Source: an uncultured Oscillospiraceae bacterium (GTDB taxonomy: Bacteria > Bacillota > Clostridia > Peptostreptococcales > Anaerovoracaceae). Taken from it: a stretch of DNA of 64,000 nucleotides. Location: contig CAYJEX010000003.1 of assembly GCA_964369465.1 (NCBI GenBank), positions 21,063 through 85,062 of the forward strand. Reading direction: 5' to 3'. The stretch's first letter is position 1; each line of letters begins with the position of its first letter. The position numbers and the translations under genes were made by a program. Positions 57,437 through 64,000 of this stretch are shown here, piece by piece. The notes beneath the pieces were generated by a model that was given only the letters and a program-made list of their open reading frames with translations, had not been told where the DNA came from and made no database searches.

Positions 57437-59287
57437 TCACAGCTTCCTTTCCTTGAAATTCATTGCTCTCATTGCATTTAAAATTGCAAGACACGCTACT
57501 CCTACATCCGCAAATATCGCCTGCATAAGTGTAGAAAGTCCCAATGTGGCAAGAATTAGAACTCCTCCTTTTATTATAAATGATAGTGCTATATTTTGTT
57601 TAACAATAGTAAGTGTTTTTTTAGAAATTTCAATTGCTGTTACAATTTTAGATGGTTCATCAGTCATTACTACTACATCTGCTGCTTCAATTGCAGCTTG
57701 TGATCCAACGCCTCCCATTGCAATTCCAATATCTGCACGAGCTAATACAGGCGCATCATTTATTCCATCTCCTACGTATGCCAATGTTCTCTTATCTCTT
57801 ACTTTATTTATTTCCTCTTCCGCAATTGTCACTTTATCACCAGGGAGGAGTTCACTATATACAAAATCAATTCCGACTTCTTTCCCAATAGCTTGAGCTG
57901 AAACTTCTTTATCTCCTGTGAGCATTACAATTTTTTCAATCCCAATTTTCTTCAATTCTTTAATAGCTACAGTACTATCTTTTTTCACTTGATCAGCAAC
58001 TAAAATATATCCAATGTATACATTATCTTTTACTACATGCGCAACACTTCCTGATGCAGATGTTTCTTGATATTTGATGTTTATTTTTTTCATTAATTTA
58101 TCATTACCAACATAAATTTCAGTTCCATTATATGAAACTTTTACACCATATCCTGCAATTTCTTCTACATTCTTTAATTCATGTGAAAAATTATTACCAT
58201 ATGCTTTTACAATTGAAACAGCAATTGGATGATTAGATGCGCTTTCTGCGATTGCAGCTATTCTAAGCAACTCATCTTTTAAAGTATTCGAAAAGGGCAC
58301 AATTTCTTTTATAATAAATTCCCCTTTTGTAAGTGTTCCTGTTTTATCAAATATAACTACATCCGCTTTTGAGAGTGCTTCAATATAACTTGAACCTTTC
58401 ATAAGGATACCTTTTTTCGCGGCGCCACCTATACCACCAAAGAATCCAAGAGGTATAGAAATAACCAAAGCACAAGGACAAGAAATTACTAGAAAAGACA
58501 AACCCCTATATATCCAGTCACTAAATTCTCCAATACCCAAAAGTGGTGGGATAACGGACAATAGTAGTGCTGCTATTACAACGACAGGGGTATAATATCT
58601 TGCAAATTTTGTAATAAATTTTTCCGACTTTGATTTTCTAGCACTTGCATTTTCTACAAGTTCTAAAATTTTTGCAACAGTACTATCTGTGTACTTTCTT
58701 GTAACTTTTGCAGTTAATAATCCATTAATATTAATACATCCTGATAGAATATTATTACCTACTTCAACATCTGTTGGCATACTTTCTCCAGTAAGAGCTC
58801 TTGTATCAATAGAACTTGCCCCTTCTAATACTACACCATCAAGCGGAATTTTTTCACCAGGTTTGATTACAATGATATCATCTACCAAAACCTCCGTAGG
58901 TTCTAATGTTATTATTTCACCATTTCGTTTAACATTTGCATATTCTGGTCTAATGTCCATAAGCTCTGAAATTGAGTTTCTTGATTTACCTACAGCATAC
59001 CTTTGAAAAGCTTCTCCTACTTGATAAAATACCATTACAGCTACTGCTTCAAATCTTTCATTAATAAAAAAAGCACCTATTGTAGCAATACTCATAAGAA
59101 AGTTTTCATCAAGAGCATTCCCACGCAAGATATTTTTAACTGCACTCAAAAGAACATCCCCTCCAATGATTAAGTAACCTAATATTGTCAAAGTAAGTGA
59201 GATCATATCATTAAAATTTCCAAAAATACCAAACGAAGCAATTAAACCTCCTATAGAAAGTTTTACGAGTATTAATTTAATTCCCAT
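57437..59287 (-). CDS. cadA: P1B-type heavy-metal (Cd/Zn-type) translocating ATPase without an N-terminal metal-binding domain
   Basis: The transmembrane metal site is SCPCALVISIP. Other P-type ATPase motifs are DKTGTLT, TGES, MLTGD and VGDGINDAP. Confidence 0.92.
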   Translation of the reverse strand: MGIKLILVKLSIGGLIASFGIFGNFNDMISLTLTILGYLIIGGDVLLSAVKNILRGNALDENFLMSIATIGAFFINERFEAVAVMVFYQVGEAFQRYAVGKSRNSISELMDIRPEYANVKRNGEIITLEPTEVLVDDIIVIKPGEKIPLDGVVLEGASSIDTRALTGESMPTDVEVGNNILSGCININGLLTAKVTRKYTDSTVAKILELVENASARKSKSEKFITKFARYYTPVVVIAALLLSVIPPLLGIGEFSDWIYRGLSFLVISCPCALVISIPLGFFGGIGGAAKKGILMKGSSYIEALSKADVVIFDKTGTLTKGEFIIKEIVPFSNTLKDELLRIAAIAESASNHPIAVSIVKAYGNNFSHELKNVEEIAGYGVKVSYNGTEIYVGNDKLMKKINIKYQETSASGSVAHVVKDNVYIGYILVADQVKKDSTVAIKELKKIGIEKIVMLTGDKEVSAQAIGKEVGIDFVYSELLPGDKVTIAEEEINKVRDKRTLAYVGDGINDAPVLARADIGIAMGGVGSQAAIEAADVVVMTDEPSKIVTAIEISKKTLTIVKQNIALSFIIKGGVLILATLGLSTLMQAIFADVGVACLAILNAMRAMNFKERKL

Positions 59288-59292
59288 AATAA

Positions 59293-59520
59293 TTATGCTC
59301 CTTTCACAATGATATTCCCATCAACCTTATGAATAGCCTTTATCATTTCCTCAAAAAGTTCATCATTTATATCACGTGATTCTATAAATAATTTTGTTGT
59401 CATAAAGTCAACACTTGCTTCATCAATTCCTTTAATTTTTGAAATTGCTCTTTCAATTTTTGCTGCACAATTAGCACAATCTAATCCTTCTAGTTTGAAA
59501 AATTTTGTCATATCATTCAC
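59293..59520 (-). CDS. stand-alone heavy-metal-associated (HMA) domain protein
   Basis: 75 aa with LEGLDCANCAAKIERAI, a ferredoxin-like HMA fold with CxxC. Its stop lies 5 nt before the ATPase ATG, in a different frame. Confidence 0.88.
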   Translation of the reverse strand: MNDMTKFFKLEGLDCANCAAKIERAISKIKGIDEASVDFMTTKLFIESRDINDELFEEMIKAIHKVDGNIIVKGA

Positions 59521-59524
59521 CTCT

Positions 59525-59588
59525 CAATTATAATATAGTTGAATTACTCTTCAACTATATTATAATTGAATGAACATTCAACTGTCAA
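59525..59588 (-). promoter_or_regulatory. metal-operon promoter overlapped by two palindromic operators
   Basis: A perfect 19-6-19 inverted repeat spans 59525-59543 (caattataatatagttgaa) and 59550-59568. A 7-2-7 palindrome, ttgaatg-aa-cattcaa, lies at 59566-59581. The minus-strand promoter is TTGACA (59588-59583), 18 nt, TATAAT (59564-59559). Confidence 0.65.
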
Positions 59589-59599
59589 GTAATTTTTTT

Positions 59600-59630
59600 G
59601 CAAAAACAGCTCTCTTGAAAAGAGAGCTGT
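59600..59630 (-). terminator. intrinsic terminator after phoR
   Basis: The stem is acagctctctt (59606-59616) with aagagagctgt (59620-59630). On the minus strand it is followed by UUUUUG. Confidence 0.8.
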
Positions 59631-59658
59631 AATATATTCCATTAATAGATTATATTAT

Positions 59659-61317
59659 TTATTTTATTCCTTCACTTTTATCAAATACTAATCTAATTTT
59701 TGTTCCAACGCCTACAGTGCTTTCTATATCTAATTCTGCATTATTTAAGTTTGCTCCGTTTTTAACAATAGATAATCCCAAACCTGTTCCACCCGTTTCC
59801 TTCGAATGACTTTTATCTACTCTATAAAACCTCTCAAATATTCTTGGCAAGTGTTCATTAGGAATTCCAACTCCCGAGTCAGTTATTTCCCATATTACTT
59901 TATCACTATTAGAATCAATTTTTATAGAAATTTCGCCATTGATTTTATTGTATATTATCGCATTGTCGAACAAATTATATAACATTTCATATAGTATAGT
60001 TGGAACTACAATAACATTTTCAGAACAATATTCTACACTTATTGTAATATCTTTTTCTTTTGCTTTTTCCTGAAATTGTAAAATTACATCCTTTGTAATA
60101 TTTGATATATCAACTTCTTCAAACTCGAAGTTACTTTGTTCATCGAGCCTTGAAATTTTTATTATATCTTGTACCAATTTAAGAAGTCTTTCTGCCTCAA
60201 CATAAATATTTTTTGCAAAACTCGTAACATTTTCGTTTTCAACCATACCATTTGATAAAAGTTCCGACGCACCCATAATCGAAGTAAGTGGCGTCTTTAA
60301 TTCATGAGAAACATTTGCGGAAAATTGACGACGTATTTCAAGTGCTTTTTCTTCCTCTGTGATATTATGAATGAACAAGAATACGGAGAAAGAATTATCT
60401 TGTGATTGTGTAGAACTTGCAGAAAAAGAATAAACTTCATTTTCAATCTTCAACTTTATTTTTCCATTTTTTCCACGCAAAGCTTCTTCAATAAGTTTTT
60501 CATATTCTAAATCTCTAAAAAAGCTCAAGTAATAGCTTTCTTCTTTACACGAGAATAATCTTTTTGCCATCTTGTTACATGACAAAACATTTCCTTTATC
60601 GTTAAATATAATAATCCCATCAACTACATTTTCAGTAACAAATGATAATTCTTGTTTCTGTTCCTTTAATGATTCTATTTGCATTGAGATTTTTTCATTC
60701 TGCTTATCAATTCTATGAAGTAAGGGGGTGAGTTCATCATACACATCATTTTGAAGAGGATTATCAAGGTCCAATATATTTATAGGTTCCACAGCTTTTT
60801 TCGAAATCCTTGAAGCTAAAAACATTGACAGTAATGTTGAAATCACAGCAATAGCAACAATAACAATTATAATATTGTACATAAGTGACAAAACAGTAAG
60901 TTGTGTAAATGAAACACGAATTACTGAATTATCAGATAATTTCTTTGCCGAATACAATGTTTCTTCTGAGAGCGTTGCAGAAGTTCTCTTACTTTCTCCC
61001 GATCCATATTTAATGGCTTCTAGAAATTCTTCTCTGTCGCCATGATTTTCCATTGTATTTATATCTGCTTTTGAATCAAATAACACAACACCGTCTTCAT
61101 CAATCCAAGTAATCCTATATATACTAGATTCTATACTATTTAAGTATGCAGTACCAAATTCTGATACGCCTGAATAAACTAAATCTAAATGGCTTTTTTG
61201 ATTCTCTTTTTGAATATCAGTAAAGTAGTTATACAAGCTACCCACAATTAATACAATCGCACATAAAAGTGTAATAGATGATACCATTATAATTGCTTTA
61301 CTAATTTTTTTAGTCAT
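59659..61317 (-). CDS. phoR: phosphate-regulon sensor histidine kinase, PhoR-like
   Basis: Two TM helices flank an extracytoplasmic domain, followed by PAS, HisKA (FSANVSHELKTPLTSI) and HATPase_c (N, G1 DSGVGI, G2 GGTGLGL). It overlaps phoP by 8 nt. Confidence 0.85.
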   Translation of the reverse strand: MTKKISKAIIMVSSITLLCAIVLIVGSLYNYFTDIQKENQKSHLDLVYSGVSEFGTAYLNSIESSIYRITWIDEDGVVLFDSKADINTMENHGDREEFLEAIKYGSGESKRTSATLSEETLYSAKKLSDNSVIRVSFTQLTVLSLMYNIIIVIVAIAVISTLLSMFLASRISKKAVEPINILDLDNPLQNDVYDELTPLLHRIDKQNEKISMQIESLKEQKQELSFVTENVVDGIIIFNDKGNVLSCNKMAKRLFSCKEESYYLSFFRDLEYEKLIEEALRGKNGKIKLKIENEVYSFSASSTQSQDNSFSVFLFIHNITEEEKALEIRRQFSANVSHELKTPLTSIMGASELLSNGMVENENVTSFAKNIYVEAERLLKLVQDIIKISRLDEQSNFEFEEVDISNITKDVILQFQEKAKEKDITISVEYCSENVIVVPTILYEMLYNLFDNAIIYNKINGEISIKIDSNSDKVIWEITDSGVGIPNEHLPRIFERFYRVDKSHSKETGGTGLGLSIVKNGANLNNAELDIESTVGVGTKIRLVFDKSEGIK

Positions 61318-61987
61318 CCTTTTCTCCTATTCTATATCCAACACCTCGTATTGTTTCAATATAATTTTCTAGCTCACCAAGTTTTGCCCTAATTGCTCTA
61401 ATATGCACATCAACAGTCCGTGTTTCCCCTTGAAATTCATATCCCCATACTGTATTTAACAGTTCATCTCTTGTAATTACTTTGCCTTGTTTTAAAAGTA
61501 ATAACCTTAAGGTATTATATTCCTTCAATGTCATTTCAACTGATTTATCATTTAAATATACTTTGTGACTTTCATCATCTAATTTGAGTAATTTATATTC
61601 TAAAATATTTTTATTCTCATTTTTCTCTGTCCTACGCAATAATGCTTTTACTCTGGAAATAAGTTCTAACATTGAAAAGGGTTTTGTAACATAATCATCA
61701 GCACCACTATCTAATCCTATTATTTTATCATACTCTGTATCTTTAGCTGTAAGCATAATAACAGGCAAACTTTTTGTATCCTCTGCTTTTCTAATTTTGC
61801 TAAGAACTTCAAGACCATCCTCCTCCGGCAACATAATATCTAGAAGCAGAAGTTTTGGTTTTTCAGTTTTTATGCTATCAAAAAATTCAAGACTATTAGA
61901 ATAACCTACAGCATTGTAGCCCGCATTTTTCAAAGTATAAAGTACTAGTTCCCTAATACTTTTATCGTCTTCTAGTATTACTATCAT
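61310..61987 (-). CDS. phoP: OmpR/PhoB-family response regulator
   Basis: The receiver domain has LLLDIMLP and the winged helix has VDVHIRAIRAKL...IETIRGVGYR. Confidence 0.88.
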   Translation of the reverse strand: MIVILEDDKSIRELVLYTLKNAGYNAVGYSNSLEFFDSIKTEKPKLLLLDIMLPEEDGLEVLSKIRKAEDTKSLPVIMLTAKDTEYDKIIGLDSGADDYVTKPFSMLELISRVKALLRRTEKNENKNILEYKLLKLDDESHKVYLNDKSVEMTLKEYNTLRLLLLKQGKVITRDELLNTVWGYEFQGETRTVDVHIRAIRAKLGELENYIETIRGVGYRIGEKDD

Positions 61988-61991
61988 AATT

Positions 61992-62621
61992 TCACCCTTT
62001 ATGCAGTCCCGTGATTGAAAATATAACCCATTCTGCTACATTTACAGCATGGTCTGCAATTCTTTCTAAATATTTCGCAATCATCAACATATCAAGAGCC
62101 GATTCAGCTCCAAATGTTTCATTTTTCAATACATCTATTATATCATATCTAACTTTCAAAAATAATTCATCAACGACATCATCATGAGCAATAGTTTTTT
62201 CTGCTAATTCTATATCCTTTTTTACAAATGCATCAATAGCATAAGATACCATTTTCACAGACTCTTCAGCCATCATTTCTATACTTGAATTCACTTCTTT
62301 AGTGTACTTTGATATTTCAGCAATGTCTACGGCTTGATCTCCTATTCTCTCTAGGTCAGTAATCATTTTTAGTACTGCTGAAATAATTCTCAAGTCTTTT
62401 GCTACAGGTTGCTGCTGAAGTAATAGTTTTAAACATTGTCTTTCTATTTCACTTTCATACTCATCTATCCTACTTTCAGCAGATCTCACCATTTCCAATG
62501 TTGCATCTTTATCTTCACTAAAACATTTCATTGCAAGTGAAATGGAATTTTCACATAATGTACCCATTTTTATTATATTATTATTAAGTAATGTTAATTC
62601 ATTATCAAGTTTATTACGCAT
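61992..62621 (-). CDS. phoU: phosphate signalling complex protein PhoU
   Basis: Two PhoU repeats carry E(R)IGD..(V) motifs (DLERIGDQAVDIA, YLERIADHAVNVA). Confidence 0.93.
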   Translation of the reverse strand: MRNKLDNELTLLNNNIIKMGTLCENSISLAMKCFSEDKDATLEMVRSAESRIDEYESEIERQCLKLLLQQQPVAKDLRIISAVLKMITDLERIGDQAVDIAEISKYTKEVNSSIEMMAEESVKMVSYAIDAFVKKDIELAEKTIAHDDVVDELFLKVRYDIIDVLKNETFGAESALDMLMIAKYLERIADHAVNVAEWVIFSITGLHKG

Positions 62622-62692
62622 ATTTTGATCCTTTCTATTTTTTAATCCTATATATTATAAACTCAGCACGATGTCCCTTGATTAAAATATTT

Positions 62693-63463
62693 TTATCCAA
62701 AACGACCTGTAATATAGTCCTCTGTTCTCTTGTCTCTTGGCATACTAAACAGCTTCTCTGTTCTATCATACTCTATAGCTTCACCTAACAAGAAAAATGC
62801 CGTGCTATCAGAAATTCTTACAGCTTGTTGCATATTATGAGTTACCATAATTATAGTAAATTCTTTCTTCAGTTCCATAACAAGCTCTTCAATTTTAGAA
62901 GTTGAAATAGGATCAAGCGCCGAAGTAGGTTCATCCATCAACAAAACTTTAGGTTCAACTGCTAATGCTCTTGCAATACAAAGTCTCTGTTGCTGACCAC
63001 CTGACAAACTTAATGCAGGCTTTCTAATTCTATCTTTTACTTCCTCCCATAGAGCTGCGCTTCTTAAACTTCTTTCTACAATATCATCTAACTGTGCTTT
63101 TGTATATTTACCATGTAATTTAGGTCCATACGCAACATTATCATATACACTCATCGGAAAAGGATTTGGCTTTTGAAATACCATTCCTATATTCTTCCTA
63201 AGTGATGTGACATCGATTTCTTTTTGGTAAATATTATTCCCTTCAAATAATAACTCCCCCTCGATTTTTACACTAGGTATCAAATCATTCATTCTATTGA
63301 TACTTTTTATAAATGTAGATTTTCCACATCCAGAAGGTCCTATAAACGCTGTAATCTCATTTTTTGCAATTTCCATATTAATATCTTTGAGAGCTTGAAA
63401 CTCTCCATAATACAAGTTTAAATTTTTTGCTGATACAATTATATTTTTCATTTTTCCATCCAT
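62693..63463 (-). CDS. pstB: phosphate ABC transporter ATP-binding protein
   Basis: Identified by [24 protein letters not shown] and [12 protein letters not shown], with the PstB-specific C-terminus YITGRFG. The start is either 63463 or 63451. Confidence 0.95.
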   Translation of the reverse strand: MDGKMKNIIVSAKNLNLYYGEFQALKDINMEIAKNEITAFIGPSGCGKSTFIKSINRMNDLIPSVKIEGELLFEGNNIYQKEIDVTSLRKNIGMVFQKPNPFPMSVYDNVAYGPKLHGKYTKAQLDDIVERSLRSAALWEEVKDRIRKPALSLSGGQQQRLCIARALAVEPKVLLMDEPTSALDPISTSKIEELVMELKKEFTIIMVTHNMQQAVRISDSTAFFLLGEAIEYDRTEKLFSMPRDKRTEDYITGRFG

Positions 63464-63466
63464 TTC

Positions 63467-64000
63467 TTAACTCGTTTGTTTTTTCTTTATCGAATTTTTA
63501 ATTATTTTGGTGCTGATATTAATTGCAAATACTAGAACAAGTAATACTACTGCGATTGCATATGCTATATCAAATTCAGCTCTTTCTGTTGCATACATAT
63601 ATAGTCCTACAGAAAGTGTTCCTCCACCTGTATTAAATGCTGTAAAAATATTTGAAGCAATTGCTGTTCCCATTCCAGCAGTAAAGAGAAGAGCTGCACT
63701 TTCTCCAACAATTCTACCTATTGCAAGTATACACCCTGTAACAATACCTTCAATTGACGAAGGAAGGACTACAGTCCTTATCATGTGCCATTTGCCACTT
63801 CCAAGGCCTAATGACCCCTCTCGGTAAGCTTGTGGCACACTTTTCAAACTCTCTTGCGTAGTTCTTATAATTGTAGGCAATATTACAATTGTCATTGTCA
63901 ACGCACCTGATAGTAAACTTACTTGAAATCCTAGAAGCCTAACAAAGAATAACATTCCTACAAGACCATAAATTATACTTGGTATACCAGCTAAAGTTTC
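63467..64000 (-). CDS. pstA: phosphate ABC transporter permease PstA, N-terminus outside the window
   Basis: The frame stays open to nt 64000 (ETLAGIPSIIYGLVGMLFF...). The EAA-loop region is EGSLGLG..KW..IR.VVLP. Confidence 0.88.
   Translation of the reverse strand, partial: ETLAGIPSIIYGLVGMLFFVRLLGFQVSLLSGALTMTIVILPTIIRTTQESLKSVPQAYREGSLGLGSGKWHMIRTVVLPSSIEGIVTGCILAIGRIVGESAALLFTAGMGTAIASNIFTAFNTGGGTLSVGLYMYATERAEFDIAYAIAVVLLVLVFAINISTKIIKNSIKKKQTS

Noticed and set aside
59285-59300. Possible frameshift pseudogenisation splitting the HMA domain from the P-type ATPase
   Set aside because: Both ORFs are intact. The ATPase has its own ATG 10 nt after an AAAGGAG located at the end of the HMA gene. 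The junction (TAA-ttatt-ATG) looks like a normal intercistronic spacer. A stand-alone HMA chaperone plus an MBD-less ATPase is a plausible natural arrangement. Comparison with relatives would be needed to call a fission event.
1-64000. A search by eye for CRISPR repeats, tRNA/rRNA genes, IS elements, integrases, phage genes, toxin-antitoxin pairs and known defence genes
   Set aside because: I found none. There are no regularly spaced direct repeats and no GC-rich structured-RNA islands in the intergenic regions. No transposase, recombinase or reverse-transcriptase motifs appear in any ORF. Small RNAs and riboswitches cannot be excluded without covariance-model searches.

Overview
This is an AT-rich chromosomal segment of Firmicutes type, probably from a Clostridia or Tissierellia-like anaerobe. 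The taxon cannot be fixed without a database search. I count about 60 credible genes, mostly on the minus strand and tightly packed, many with overlapping stop and start codons. All functional calls rest on motif and family recognition by eye from the translated ORFs, since no search was possible. The ORF track uses GTG/TTG as M, and I trimmed several N-termini to the ATG (or ATT/TTG) that has a Shine-Dalgarno sequence. Housekeeping content: alaS, ireB-like, ruvX, nfo, bcd-etfBA, a nifZ-like desulfurase with thiI, rny, radC, cmk, nrdR, infC-rpmI-rplT with an attenuator leader, typA, 5-formyl-THF cyclo-ligase, and pstA(partial)-pstB-phoU-phoP-phoR. Metabolic and accessory content: (1) a 4-hydroxybutyrate fermentation module (NifU-like, abfD, a small Cys-rich ORF, cat2, 4hbD), preceded by an MFS-EamA-MFS transporter block; (2) about 8 kb away, a bicistron of a SucD-like CoA-acylating aldehyde dehydrogenase and an omega-aminotransferase; (3) two very large composite c-di-GMP enzymes of about 1330 and 1360 aa; (4) a CoxD/CoxE-like MoxR-VWA pair; (5) a CadC/P1B-ATPase/HMA metal operon with striking palindromic operators; (6) a DUF2974-lipoprotein-split ChrA operon; (7) a YneA-like LysM gene behind three LexA boxes. 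I saw no rRNA, tRNA, CRISPR array, transposase, integrase or prophage signature. I found no convincing novel defence-type system. The best leads are listed as findings, and none is more than a hypothesis.
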